A stretch of DNA of 64,000 nucleotides, from positions 1-64,000 of the forward strand of contig CAZWDO010000015.1 of NCBI GenBank assembly GCA_964632485.1. The letters run 5' to 3'. Within the stretch, counting starts at the first letter, position 1. Every line of letters begins with the position of its first letter. Under the pieces are notes generated by a model that made no database searches, was not told the DNA's origin, and saw only the letters and a program-made list of their open reading frames with translations. A program made the translations under genes and the position numbers. This document shows, in pieces, positions 48,662 through 59,422 of the stretch. This stretch comes from an uncultured bacterium. Its GTDB lineage: Bacteria; JAGOEH01.

Positions 48662-49852
48662 ATGCGAAAAAAAGAGCTTGATCCGCGGCAATTTTATCGA
48701 AAGCTCGACCAGCTTTTTATGAAAAAACCTGTGTCAGGAGAGAATCCCAATACCCTGATTCCGACGATGCGGTTTATATATGATAATTTAAAACCTTATT
48801 TTCCCATAATCAATATATATTTATATGAGAAACGCGAGCAACGCTATATCCATATTGCTAAACTATTAAAACGGAAAAAGGATTTTTATTTCCCCGCAAT
48901 TGAATCGGAACTAATTGATAAATTCAAATTGACATTGGACAAAGTACATTATGCGAAAGATTTAGAAATGTCCAGTGAATCAAATTACGATCTGGTGTTT
49001 ATTAAATTTGGTAATGAAATCCATTATTTAATGATGTTGAAATTTGAAAGCAATCTGGCTAACTTTGAACAGCTCAATTATTTACTGAGCAGTTTTAAGT
49101 ATTTTCTTAACCAGCACTTGCGGTTTTCTCTACTTGAGAGCAACTACCTGAAAGCGAGTGAAATTCAAAATTCCCTGATACCCAAAGCGATTCCCGAATT
49201 TAAAAATTTTGATATAGCTGCGCTCTTTATCCCGGCCGAAAACGTAGGAGGAGATGTCTATGATTTTATCCAGTTTGATGACGATTTAATGGGTATTACC
49301 ATCGCCGACGCCAGCGGACATGGCTTGCCGGCAGCGCTCCAGGCCCGGGATGTGATTATTGGGATGCGTATGGGGTTTGAAAAGGAACATAAGCTCTGGG
49401 CGCTCATCAATAAACTGAATAAAGTCATCTATCATACCAGTATTTCGAGCCGTTTCGTATCGCTTTTTTACGCGGAAATTGAAAAAGACGGATTAATGAC
49501 CTATGTCAATGCCGGCCATTGTAATCCAATCTATCTGCATAAAAAACTGGTAAAAGAGATGGACGTTGGTGGAATGGTACTCGGATGGACTGATCAGGCT
49601 TCCTATAAACGCGGTTATCAGTTTCTCGAGGTCAACAGTGTCCTGATATTTTATACTGATGGCTTGATTGAAACGCGTATCGGCAATGATGATGAATACG
49701 GTGTGAAACGTTTAATTGAAATCGTTAAAATGAATATGAAATATTCCAGTCGGGAAATTATGGACAAAATTGTCCAGGATGTTTCGGGTCTGAAGACACA
49801 ACCGGAATGGGAAGATGATGTATCGCTGATTATAATTAAACGGGTTCAATAG
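48662..49852 (+). CDS. PP2C-family (SpoIIE/RsbU-like) phosphatase
   Basis: VGGDVYD, IADASGHG, NAGH, YTDGLIE, DDVSL. Confidence 0.93.
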   Translation: MRKKELDPRQFYRKLDQLFMKKPVSGENPNTLIPTMRFIYDNLKPYFPIINIYLYEKREQRYIHIAKLLKRKKDFYFPAIESELIDKFKLTLDKVHYAKDLEMSSESNYDLVFIKFGNEIHYLMMLKFESNLANFEQLNYLLSSFKYFLNQHLRFSLLESNYLKASEIQNSLIPKAIPEFKNFDIAALFIPAENVGGDVYDFIQFDDDLMGITIADASGHGLPAALQARDVIIGMRMGFEKEHKLWALINKLNKVIYHTSISSRFVSLFYAEIEKDGLMTYVNAGHCNPIYLHKKLVKEMDVGGMVLGWTDQASYKRGYQFLEVNSVLIFYTDGLIETRIGNDDEYGVKRLIEIVKMNMKYSSREIMDKIVQDVSGLKTQPEWEDDVSLIIIKRVQ

Positions 49853-49872
49853 TATCTTGAAAGGATATAATA

Positions 49873-51771
49873 ATGACCGGGATTTATGATTTATGGTTGC
49901 GGAAAGAACTGGATCTCTTAGAATCGGTATCGATTCAACGGATAGCTGACAATCGCTACAAGGATTGGCAATGCTATTGCAGTGAAACGATTTTTTCAGC
50001 ATCTGGATTTCGGCGTATTTTTGCAGCGGACGGGGATGAACAATCCGACAATCCGGCAATCACTCAATACGATTTTATTTTAACATATTTCTCTGCGCTG
50101 GTATTCGCTGAATTTATCCAAAAACAAAAGCCAGGTCAAAAAATCATCACAATCGCTATCGGGCGGGATACCCGTCCCACCGGTATCTTATTGGCGTCCA
50201 TTGTATATTTCGCCTTAATTAAAAATGGGTTCCACCCTCTCTATTTAGGTATCACTGCCGGACCCGAAATTATGGCTTTTGCCAATCAAACCGATTCTAT
50301 TGATGGTTTTTTTTATCTGACCGCCAGCCACAATCCTCCCGGCCACAATGGTTTTAAATTTGGTTTGCAACAGGGTGTTTGCAATGGAGCAGAGGTCGGA
50401 GAAATCCTTACCCAATTCCATCGCCAGGTGGAAGCGGAAGCCGAAGTGGTCAAATCCCTTATCAAAGAGTATGAGGCATCTTTAAATCAGTTTCACACGT
50501 ATTATCAATTTTCGCCCTTATTTAAAATTGTGAGTGAAACGGCTTATCAGCGTTTTTTGCATAAAATTTTCTGGGGTGATGTTGCGAATGCTTCTTCATT
50601 GGAGCATTCATTCAGCCAGGCAATCCATGAAGCGCAAATTGGCATAATAGCTGAATTCAACGGGAGTTCGCGAATTTTATCAGTAGATAAAAAGCTGTTG
50701 CTTGAAATGGGTTTAATATGCCATTGGATGAACGATACACCCGGAGTTTTTGCGCATGCGATTGTTCCCGAGGGGGATTCCCTGAATATGGCTGCCAAAG
50801 CCCTTGAACAATTCCGGCAGAATGGCCACCCGGTTCATTTTGCTTATGTTCCTGATTGTGATGGCGATCGTGGAAACCTGGTAATATGGAATGAACAAAC
50901 CCATTTGGCAGAAGCATTGCCGGCCCAGACCGTTTTTGCGCTATCAGCAATGGCAGAAATCGGTTATGCCTGGTTAACCGGTCAAATGACCCATGAAACG
51001 CGCAATGCTATTATTGTCAATGATTGCACCTCTGGAATGCTTGATCGGGTCATGGCCCGTTTGCCGATAAATATTATCAGGGTTGAAACTGGTGAAGCCA
51101 ATGTCGTGAACCGCGCTCTACAATTAGAACGCGACGGGTGGATCGTCCGCATTATTGGCGAGGGCAGTAATGGCGGCAATATAACCCGTCCCTCCAATAC
51201 ACGCGATCCGCTTTCTACGGTAGTTGCCATGCTGAAACTACTAGTTTTCAAATATCATGGTCAGTCGATCTACCAGTTTTTCGCTGGGATGCTCTCTAAT
51301 GCCGAAATTACAATCCCGGCAATGCCTTCAATTGCCGATTATATCAACTTGCTGCCAAAATTTATTACTACGAATGCTTTTGATGTGGGTTCCGTTATGA
51401 AGATTCGATCGCGGAACCAAATCAGTCTTAAACACGCCTTTGAAGAAGCTTTTCTGAGCAGTTGGCAGACAGATGCCCCTGCATTCAAAGAAAAATATAG
51501 GTTCGTCTCCTATCGGGAAATTAATTATGAGGGAGTCGAAGCCCATTCTGGATGGGGCGAAGGCCATCGTTCCGGCGATCAGAGTGGGGGATTGAAAATC
51601 GAATTACTAAATGATAAACAGGAAGTCGCCGCCTGGCTTTTTTGGCGCAAATCAAAAACCGAGGATTTAGTGAGAACAATTGTCGATATTGATGCCGGCA
51701 CGGTCGAGTCAGAAAAATTTTGGCGCGATTGGCTCCGGAATGTTTTAAACCAAGCCGATACAACGAGGTAA
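49873..51771 (+). CDS. Divergent alpha-D-phosphohexomutase
   Basis: SASGFR, GRDTRPTG, TASHNP, DCDGDR, GEGSNGG, RKSKTE. Confidence 0.85.
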   Translation: MTGIYDLWLRKELDLLESVSIQRIADNRYKDWQCYCSETIFSASGFRRIFAADGDEQSDNPAITQYDFILTYFSALVFAEFIQKQKPGQKIITIAIGRDTRPTGILLASIVYFALIKNGFHPLYLGITAGPEIMAFANQTDSIDGFFYLTASHNPPGHNGFKFGLQQGVCNGAEVGEILTQFHRQVEAEAEVVKSLIKEYEASLNQFHTYYQFSPLFKIVSETAYQRFLHKIFWGDVANASSLEHSFSQAIHEAQIGIIAEFNGSSRILSVDKKLLLEMGLICHWMNDTPGVFAHAIVPEGDSLNMAAKALEQFRQNGHPVHFAYVPDCDGDRGNLVIWNEQTHLAEALPAQTVFALSAMAEIGYAWLTGQMTHETRNAIIVNDCTSGMLDRVMARLPINIIRVETGEANVVNRALQLERDGWIVRIIGEGSNGGNITRPSNTRDPLSTVVAMLKLLVFKYHGQSIYQFFAGMLSNAEITIPAMPSIADYINLLPKFITTNAFDVGSVMKIRSRNQISLKHAFEEAFLSSWQTDAPAFKEKYRFVSYREINYEGVEAHSGWGEGHRSGDQSGGLKIELLNDKQEVAAWLFWRKSKTEDLVRTIVDIDAGTVESEKFWRDWLRNVLNQADTTR

Positions 51772-51774
51772 AAA

Positions 51775-52896
51775 ATGGCTGTTCCTTTTTTAGATCTAAA
51801 ACTTCAATATGCGTTGCATAAAAAAGAGATTGATGATGCCATCCAAAGAGTGATTGAAAATCAATCGTTCATTGGCGGACCCATTCTTGGTGAGTTTGAA
51901 AAACATTTGGCTGAACTCAATCAAAGCCGCCATGCCATTGGGGTAAGCTCTGGGACTTCCGCTCTTTTTTTAGCTTTGAAAACTTTAGGTATTGGTCCGG
52001 GAGACGAGGTAATCACGGTTCCTATGACGTTCATTGCCACTGTAGAGGCCATTTTGAACCTGGGAGCAGATGTGCGTTTCGTTGATATTGACAAACGCAC
52101 ATTCACCATTGATCCCCAACAGCTTGAAACGGCGATAACCAAACGGACCAAGGCTATCGTGCCGGTTCACCTCTATGGTCAAATGGCCGATATGCTGCAA
52201 TTACGTCAACTTGCGGACCGGCATGGACTTTACTTGGTAGAGGATGCCGCCCAGGCCCATGGCGCCACTCATCATGGGAAATCTCCCGGCTTCTATGGCG
52301 ATATGGCGACATTCAGTTTCTATCCGGGTAAAAATATTGGCGCTTATGGCGATGCTGGGGCTGTCATCACTAATAATGATCAGTGGGCGGAATCCATACG
52401 TAAATTAAGAGATCATGGCCGATTGGAAAAATATTCCCACGATGTGATCGGCGATAATTTTCGCATGGACACCTTGCAGGCTTCAATCCTATGTTGTAAA
52501 TATAATTACCTCGAAATATGGAATCAGCGCCGGATTGAAATTGCCCGACTCTATTCCGACGCTCTGGAATCAATGGCCCGAACCAGAGGGGTTGATATCC
52601 AGCTTCCTTTTATAGCCCAGGAAAATAAAGCAGTATTCCATATTTATCCAATATTGTTGGATGGACGCGATCGCATCGCTCAAAATCTTAAACTGAAAGG
52701 TATCGCGACTGGAGTCCATTATCCGATTCCACTTCACCTTCAGCCTGCATTAAAACATTTGCCTACCAGTCAAAACCGATATCCTCAGACAGAATTTGTC
52801 GCATCGCGTGAACTCTCCTTACCGATTTTTCCGGAAATGACGGATCATCAGGTGGAACAAGTCATCAGCGGCATTGGAGAACTCTTCGTTGATTAA
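51775..52896 (+). CDS. DegT/DnrJ/EryC1/StrS PLP-dependent sugar aminotransferase
   Basis: PVHLYGQ, EDAAQAHG, FSFYPGKNIG. Confidence 0.95.
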   Translation: MAVPFLDLKLQYALHKKEIDDAIQRVIENQSFIGGPILGEFEKHLAELNQSRHAIGVSSGTSALFLALKTLGIGPGDEVITVPMTFIATVEAILNLGADVRFVDIDKRTFTIDPQQLETAITKRTKAIVPVHLYGQMADMLQLRQLADRHGLYLVEDAAQAHGATHHGKSPGFYGDMATFSFYPGKNIGAYGDAGAVITNNDQWAESIRKLRDHGRLEKYSHDVIGDNFRMDTLQASILCCKYNYLEIWNQRRIEIARLYSDALESMARTRGVDIQLPFIAQENKAVFHIYPILLDGRDRIAQNLKLKGIATGVHYPIPLHLQPALKHLPTSQNRYPQTEFVASRELSLPIFPEMTDHQVEQVISGIGELFVD

Positions 52897-54265
52897 ACGG
52901 TTTCGCGAAAAATTATTTCTCTTCGGCTCAGATTTTATTGCCATCCACCTGGCTTTTTTTATTACTTTCTGGTATAAATTTTATAGTGGAATACTCTATT
53001 TAAAAGAGGCAATCCCACTTCAATTTTACTTAATTCCCACATTGATGATTTATGCCTATTGGGCGATATTCTTTTTTTTCTTCGGACTTTATCAATCCTG
53101 GTACGCCCAATCGCGATTTGATGAGCTGGTAGCCGTAACAAAAGCGATCATCTGGGGAATTGTTATTTTTTATTTTTTGCTTTTTTTTAACAATGTCAAC
53201 ATTTCCCGTTCAACATTCATTATTTATTCTACCTCGTTATTCTGGACAGTTGCAATCGGACGGTTGGTAATCCGCAGCATGCAGCGCAGTCTTCTAATCC
53301 AGGGCATTGGCGCCCGACATGTCGGAATCATTGGATTGAACAGTCAAGCGATTAAAATTGCGCATGATATTGCTGAGTACCCCGCGCTGGGTTTGAAAAT
53401 GATGGGATTCATCGAAACTCCGGGCTCAGCACCTGATATTCACTCTGATCATTCCATTTTAGGGTCAATTAATTCGATCCGACAAATTATCTCTGATTAT
53501 CGAATTCATGATCTTATTTTTGCTGATCGCGACCACGATCAAAACATGATTTTTAAAGTTATGAATGAATCGTTAGAGTATTCCGTGGATTTCTATATTA
53601 TTCCCGGACTCTACGATATCGTGGCCGGTCATCTAAAAACAAATCAAATCTATGGTTTCCCGCTGGTCAAGCTTTTCCCCACACCCATGACCCCGGTCGA
53701 AGCAAAACTTAAACGGACGATAGATATTCTGGTTTCAATTTGCGGTTTGATCATCACTTTTCCTATATTGTCCATCATGGCAGCTATCATTAAACTTGAA
53801 NNNNNNNNNNGTGTCGGCCAAAACGGGGATATTTTTAATATCATTAAATTCAGAACCATGGTTGAGGATGCAGAAAAAAATACCGGCCCGGTCTGGGCAA
53901 TAAAAAATGATCAACGCATCACCCGTATCGGTCGGTTTCTCCGAAAATCCCGAATCGATGAGATTCCTCAATTATGGAATATCTTAAAGGGTGAAATGAC
54001 TTTGGTGGGACCTCGTCCTGAACGTCCCTTTTTTGTCGAAAAGTTCAATAATGAAATCCCTTTCTATAGTAACCGCTTGAAAGTTAAACCCGGTTTAACC
54101 GGTTATGCCCAGGTAAAACATAAATATGACGCATCCCTTGAAGATGTGAAAGAAAAACTTAAATATGATCTCTATTATATCGAAAATATGTCCTTGCGAT
54201 TGGATATTAAAATTATGTTCCGGACACTATTTGTTATGCTTTTTCCGGGCGATAAAGTTCATTAA
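52874..54265 (+). CDS. Polyprenyl-phosphate hexose-1-phosphate transferase (WcaJ-like), spans assembly gap
   Basis: N-terminal TMs, KFRTM, IDEIPQ, VGPRPE, KPGLTG, DLYY. Confidence 0.92.
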   Translation: MENSSLIKRFREKLFLFGSDFIAIHLAFFITFWYKFYSGILYLKEAIPLQFYLIPTLMIYAYWAIFFFFFGLYQSWYAQSRFDELVAVTKAIIWGIVIFYFLLFFNNVNISRSTFIIYSTSLFWTVAIGRLVIRSMQRSLLIQGIGARHVGIIGLNSQAIKIAHDIAEYPALGLKMMGFIETPGSAPDIHSDHSILGSINSIRQIISDYRIHDLIFADRDHDQNMIFKVMNESLEYSVDFYIIPGLYDIVAGHLKTNQIYGFPLVKLFPTPMTPVEAKLKRTIDILVSICGLIITFPILSIMAAIIKLEXXXXVGQNGDIFNIIKFRTMVEDAEKNTGPVWAIKNDQRITRIGRFLRKSRIDEIPQLWNILKGEMTLVGPRPERPFFVEKFNNEIPFYSNRLKVKPGLTGYAQVKHKYDASLEDVKEKLKYDLYYIENMSLRLDIKIMFRTLFVMLFPGDKVH

Positions 54266-54274
54266 AGGAGTATT

Positions 54275-56476
54275 ATGCGCGATTTGCAATTGATTGCCAC
54301 TACCCCCTGGTTCTGGTTTTCCCTTTTCCTGGCTGTTCTGTCTCTGTCGCTGGCGCTTTGGCAATATGCCGCCCGCCATCATCAACTATCGGCGCGTTTA
54401 CGTCTGTTGCTCAAAGGGTTGAGAATTGCTTCATGGTTCATCCTGGCTTTTCTGATTTTTCAGCCGGTTATCCAGTTTTTTCGGTATAACCGAGAAAAGC
54501 CCGTAGATATTGCGCTTATTGATCAATCGCTTAGTATTGGCCAGTCACCCGGGTTCATGGCTTCCAGGTTATATGAAAAAATTAATCTTGCCTTGGAAGA
54601 TTATCAAACTCTCGACCACGAGATATTATATTATGGGTTTGGTTCCCAATTGACCCGTCTTTCGTCATTATCGGATGTTAAAACGATCCATTATGACCAA
54701 AAAACAACCAATATTGAACAAGCCCTGGATGATATTGGCCGGTTGTACCCTGAAAAAAATATTAATAACCTCTTTATCGTGACTGATGGCCAATTTAACG
54801 GGATACAATCTGTTGAACGTAACTTTGAACGATATCCTTTTAACTATTACCTTTTGGGAATAGGGGATACCAGTGGTGTTCCCGATGTATGCCTCAATGA
54901 TATTCAGTATGATCCGATTATGTATCTCGGCGAAACCAGTCATCTGAAAATTCAGATTTCAACTGAAAATATTCCGGAAACCCGGGGACAACTGATTGTG
55001 AAAGATGAAAATGGACAGGTGTTGACAAAACAGCCGCTTCAGCTCAATAAAGGGACGATCCAGAGAGAAATTCCGGTAGAGATTACTCCGGGGCATCTGG
55101 GAAAACAGTTTTTTCACTTTTCCATATCCACTCAACTTGACGAATCGGTAATAGATAATAACCATCAGGCAATTCATATCAATGTTTTGAAAAATCGTTT
55201 AAAAATTCTGGTGGTTTGGGGAATTCCCCATTATGATTTAAAGTTTTTACTTCGTTCCTTAAAAACTGATAAAAATCTGAATATTGATCATTTTGTTTTA
55301 TCGAATCCCACTGAACACGGCGACTGGATTTCCAACTGGGATCGGTTGGCTGACTATGATTTAGTTATTATGGGACATTGCAGTCAAAGTGATTTGACCC
55401 CCCAACAATGGGAAATATTGAATAACTTTGTGGATGGTTTAAAAAAGCCGTTTATATTGTTCAATGGATTCCGCGAGCGTAGTATGACCACATGGCAAAG
55501 CGAACTCCGCCAAAACATTCTCCCCATCGTTCGTGAGCAATTAGTTTCCGAACGTTTTCAAGGCGACTTGCGTTTGGTTCCGGATGTGATCAATGCCGCC
55601 AATACTTTTTTGGATATCTATGGCTTTGAAAATGATAATTTACGATTTTGGGAAGGAATGCCTCCATTGAATGAATGCGTATTGACACAATCAATCCCAT
55701 CGTTTTATAAAATATTAGCCAGGGTCTATCGCATTCCTGATGCAGATGATCAGGAAAACTTAACGTCTTATCCCGCCATGATTCTCAACCAAAGCAACAA
55801 GAAAAAAATTTTGGTTTCGCTGGCAGCGGGATATTGGCGATTTTCATTTGCTTCCCTAAGCTATCAAGCTCCAGGACAGGAAATGAATAACCTGTGGATC
55901 AATATGGTCAGATACATGACTTTTCTGGGAAATGAAGAATCAATCCTGATCGCTCCGGAAAAGCCGGTAAATTATGATGGCATCCCTGTGGTTTTCCGTG
56001 GCCGGTTGCTATCCGACAGTTTAGCATCTCTTGCGGATCGGGTTGAATTAACGATTCAGGATACTAGCGGCCAGGAAATTGCGACTTATAAAATGCAACC
56101 CAATCAAAGCCAGCAATACGAAACTTCATTATTGACGCCTTCTTCAGGCAAATTTTCCTATCATTTGATTCAATATAGAAACGATCAAAAAGTAGCAGAA
56201 AAAAAAGATTATTTTATGGTTTTGCCTTATAACATGGAAAAATTTAAGCTGGGACAAAATAACCGGTTATTGAGAAGCCTTACTCAAGTCCCCGGGATAA
56301 ATTACCAAAACCTTGAAACTGAGAGCGCGCTTTCAATCGACTCAATCAAATCGAACTTTCGGAGCCAAACGGAGAAACAGAGTGTAACGCTATGGGATCA
56401 ATGGCCTTTTTTACTGCTGATTATTATACTTCTGACTGTGGAATGGTTCATCCGTCAACGGAATCTACTGATGTAA
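54275..56476 (+). CDS. Membrane protein with vWA domain and Ig-like/GATase-like regions
   Basis: N-terminal TMs, DQSLS and TDGQ MIDAS-like motifs, C-terminal EWFIRQR. Confidence 0.75.
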   Translation: MRDLQLIATTPWFWFSLFLAVLSLSLALWQYAARHHQLSARLRLLLKGLRIASWFILAFLIFQPVIQFFRYNREKPVDIALIDQSLSIGQSPGFMASRLYEKINLALEDYQTLDHEILYYGFGSQLTRLSSLSDVKTIHYDQKTTNIEQALDDIGRLYPEKNINNLFIVTDGQFNGIQSVERNFERYPFNYYLLGIGDTSGVPDVCLNDIQYDPIMYLGETSHLKIQISTENIPETRGQLIVKDENGQVLTKQPLQLNKGTIQREIPVEITPGHLGKQFFHFSISTQLDESVIDNNHQAIHINVLKNRLKILVVWGIPHYDLKFLLRSLKTDKNLNIDHFVLSNPTEHGDWISNWDRLADYDLVIMGHCSQSDLTPQQWEILNNFVDGLKKPFILFNGFRERSMTTWQSELRQNILPIVREQLVSERFQGDLRLVPDVINAANTFLDIYGFENDNLRFWEGMPPLNECVLTQSIPSFYKILARVYRIPDADDQENLTSYPAMILNQSNKKKILVSLAAGYWRFSFASLSYQAPGQEMNNLWINMVRYMTFLGNEESILIAPEKPVNYDGIPVVFRGRLLSDSLASLADRVELTIQDTSGQEIATYKMQPNQSQQYETSLLTPSSGKFSYHLIQYRNDQKVAEKKDYFMVLPYNMEKFKLGQNNRLLRSLTQVPGINYQNLETESALSIDSIKSNFRSQTEKQSVTLWDQWPFLLLIIILLTVEWFIRQRNLLM

Positions 56477-56549
56477 TCTCATCGAATTGACAATCAATTA
56501 TCAGTTATTTCAGGGCGTGAAAGATAAAATAGGCGGGATTTGGCAATAA

Positions 56550-57578
56550 TTATTGCAGTAAAAAATCCTTATCATTGGGATATCCACGGGGATGGGCTTG
56601 GCTCCATTGCCAGGCATCGGAGATAATCGTATCCAATGAAGAAAATGCAGGAGACCACCCCAGCTTATGGCGGGCTTTTTGGGAGGAAGCAACCAACACA
56701 GGAGGATCACCCGGGCGGCGTTCGCTCACTACGGAGGGGATCGTTCGTCCAATCACCCGTTCAGCGCTCTGAATCACTTCAGCGATGGAAAATCCTGCGC
56801 TATTCCCTAAGTTAAAATAATCGGAACACTGATTTGTCCATAGATATTGCAATGCCAGGAAATGAGCTGACGCCAAATCCCGGACATGAATGTAGTCACG
56901 AACGCAAGTCCCATCTGCAGTAGGGTAATCGTTACCATAAACCGAGAGATGGGGGATTTCACCCTGGATAGCTGCAATCAGATTGGGAATCAGGTGGGTT
57001 TCCGGGTCATGATGTTCACCCCAGTGTTCCCAGGCGCCACAGGCATTGAAATAGCGCAAAGCTACATAATGAAACTGAGGGTAAGCCTGACTGAAATCTC
57101 TCAGTATCTGTTCAATCATCCATTTACTGCGTCCATAAGGGTTGATCGGATTTTGCGCGCACTCTTCAGTAATGGGCTCAGATGATGCAATACCATAGGT
57201 TGCGGCAGTAGAGGAGAGGATAAAAGTGTTGACGTGGTTACGCAATAAATGGTTGAGCAGGAGAGTGGTTTCAACGACATTATTCAGATAATATTTGGCG
57301 GGATTGACCATCGATTCCCCAACCAGGGCGGAAGCGGCAAAATGCAACACCGCCTCGATTCCATGCCGTTGACATATTAGATTAATCAAAGCGGCATCAC
57401 TGATATTTCCCTGATAAAAAACAGCCTGGGGATGAACCGCGGCCAGATGCCCCTGACTGAGGTTGTCGATTACGACCACTTCGAGGCCCTGTTCAATCAG
57501 AAAAGCTGCCGCAACACTGCCGATATAGCCCGCTCCACCGGTAACCAGTACTGTTTTCCGTTCTGTGCTGTTCATCAA
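56550..57578 (-). CDS. galE: UDP-glucose 4-epimerase
   Basis: TGGAGYIG, HFAA, YGRSK, LRYFN, GTCVRDYIHV. Confidence 0.95.
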   Translation of the reverse strand: MMNSTERKTVLVTGGAGYIGSVAAAFLIEQGLEVVVIDNLSQGHLAAVHPQAVFYQGNISDAALINLICQRHGIEAVLHFAASALVGESMVNPAKYYLNNVVETTLLLNHLLRNHVNTFILSSTAATYGIASSEPITEECAQNPINPYGRSKWMIEQILRDFSQAYPQFHYVALRYFNACGAWEHWGEHHDPETHLIPNLIAAIQGEIPHLSVYGNDYPTADGTCVRDYIHVRDLASAHFLALQYLWTNQCSDYFNLGNSAGFSIAEVIQSAERVIGRTIPSVVSERRPGDPPVLVASSQKARHKLGWSPAFSSLDTIISDAWQWSQAHPRGYPNDKDFLLQ

Positions 57579-58123
57579 ATCTCCAAGTCTTTTAAAAAGT
57601 GAGAGGCGATTTCATCAAGACAATTCTTCATCGCCTCGATCCGCAGATCGTAAATCCGGTCGTTCATCTGATCCGTGCTGAGATAGTTGCTGATCGATTC
57701 CGATTCCTCGTCGTCTTCGGTCGCCCGCAGGATGACCGTACTGTCGGCGCGGTCCCAAACAATCAGTTCCAGATCGCATTTAATTTCGATGGTCCGGTCC
57801 TCTTCATGGATTTCCTCCTCTTTGCGCATGGATTTCAGACGGACATCGATGATGCAGTCGACCGTTTCACTCCAGGACGAGCTATGGCGATATGCGTCAT
57901 AAATGGCAGTGAAATCAGACTTGCGTTCGATTTTTTTCGCTAAATACTCGACCAGGTAGGCATGATCGTCATCCCAGAACCAGTCCTCGGCATTGTCGAT
58001 AGTCATGATATAAGCGGTTTGATAGGTGGCGAAATCGATCTCCGCTTCATGTTCGTAGGTCAGTTGCGTACATACAGAATTAAAAAATATGAATATTAAA
58101 AATAAGTATAATACAGTTTTCAT
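57575..58123 (-). CDS. Hypothetical exported protein / lipoprotein
   Basis: Hydrophobic N-terminus ending NSVC, acidic body; overlaps both neighbours. Confidence 0.7.
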   Translation of the reverse strand: MKTVLYLFLIFIFFNSVCTQLTYEHEAEIDFATYQTAYIMTIDNAEDWFWDDDHAYLVEYLAKKIERKSDFTAIYDAYRHSSSWSETVDCIIDVRLKSMRKEEEIHEEDRTIEIKCDLELIVWDRADSTVILRATEDDEESESISNYLSTDQMNDRIYDLRIEAMKNCLDEIASHFLKDLEI

Positions 58124-58644
58124 TGGAATTTCACTCCCACGGTGATCTGGTTGATGAAGGTCGTTTTATAACCATCGGAAGATAGGATCGGGTATTTGAG
58201 GTGATAACCGATACAAATGCGTTGGGGCGTTTGATACTCGATACCCATATAGAGGGGTAATTGATGGTAGAGAAGAGAGCCGTCCACATGGATAGCATGG
58301 TCTAACGCATAGCCAAATCCTGCTTTTACATCCATCTGTGGCATAGGATTGACCTTCAGGTAGAACCATGAATTCAAAAAATAGCCCAACCAGTGAAGAT
58401 TTTCGTAGCTGGGTATCTCTTTGCGGGTGTACATCAGACCCATATCAAAATAGAATCCGTAAAAATTGGAATTGATATCGAGATACGGTGAAGCAAACAC
58501 TTTATCCTGTACAAAGGGTACCGACCAACCACAGCTCATATCAGCCGAATCTGTTTGGGGGGAAAACAATGAGAGTAAAAACAAATAAAAAATTAGATTT
58601 TTAAGCTTAGTTGTTCTCTTTAGATTCAACAAAAATTTTAACAT
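58120..58644 (-). CDS. Putative small outer-membrane beta-barrel
   Basis: Signal peptide, alternating aromatic/Gly strands, C-terminal VGVKFQ. Confidence 0.6.
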   Translation of the reverse strand: MLKFLLNLKRTTKLKNLIFYLFLLSLFSPQTDSADMSCGWSVPFVQDKVFASPYLDINSNFYGFYFDMGLMYTRKEIPSYENLHWLGYFLNSWFYLKVNPMPQMDVKAGFGYALDHAIHVDGSLLYHQLPLYMGIEYQTPQRICIGYHLKYPILSSDGYKTTFINQITVGVKFQ

Positions 58645-58941
58645 CCTTTACTCCATTTTAAATGAGTGAAATTGGATTGCCATCAACATTTATAGTGATG
58701 ATAACTATTCAAGTAAAAAAGAATCCCGAACAGTTATCCGATCCCCAAAGATTTTAAAACAATAAAACCGATCGACAATTTGGTTTTTCATACAAAAAGA
58801 ATGATAATAAATCATACATTAAAAGTCAAGAAAAAAATTATTCAAGCCCGTTTTAATAATTATCATTAAGCTCCAGTGAACGGTCACTAATAATATTTTG
58901 AGTCATATTTTACCATGAATTTTAATATTTAAAAAAAAATC

Positions 58942-58969
58942 TTGACATCTCTTAAGAATAAGTTATATT
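58942..58969 (+). promoter_or_regulatory. Putative sigma70 promoter
   Basis: TTGACA-16 nt-TATATT upstream of AAGGAG RBS. Confidence 0.55.
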
Positions 58970-59017
58970 TTATTCGTAAAGTATGGATCATAAACCTAAC
59001 CTAACAAAGGAGCCATT

Positions 59018-59308
59018 ATGAAACGTATCGTAGTGCTTTTGATTTGTTTATCGCTCTTGATTTTGACTGCATGCGCCGGGCATATTCACACAATTGGCAG
59101 CGGACCGAGCTCTGGCAATCGGATGGAAGCGCGTCAATGGTATGTTTTATGGGGATTAATTCCGATTAATCAAATAGATACCAAAGCGATGGCTGCAGGA
59201 GCCACGAATTATGAAATCCGTACCGAAGCAGCGCCATTGGATATAATTATCAATCTTTTCACTAGTTACATCACAGTGACTTCCCGTACGGTTTCTGTCA
59301 CTAAGTAA
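59018..59308 (+). CDS. Bor/Iss-family small lipoprotein
   Basis: Lipobox LTAC; QWYVLWGLIPI, terminal TVSVTK. Confidence 0.7.
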   Translation: MKRIVVLLICLSLLILTACAGHIHTIGSGPSSGNRMEARQWYVLWGLIPINQIDTKAMAAGATNYEIRTEAAPLDIIINLFTSYITVTSRTVSVTK

Positions 59309-59340
59309 CTTGTTCGTCGTCTATACTTTACAAAATTTTT

Positions 59341-59362
59341 AAGGCAGCCTCCGGGCTGCCTT
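59341..59362 (+). terminator. Intrinsic terminator
   Basis: AAGGCAGCC-TCCG-GGCTGCCTT followed by AT-rich tail. Confidence 0.7.
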
Positions 59363-59422
59363 ATATATTTTAATCTGGATTATTCGGTAGCTATAAAATT
59401 TATTAGCAAGGATTATTAAGAA

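Noticed and set aside
53801-53810. Apparent deletion in the sugar transferase
   Set aside because: 10-N scaffold placeholder; both flanks fit the family
59018-59308. Bor-like lipoprotein as a prophage marker
   Set aside because: No phage genes nearby; it has its own promoter and terminator
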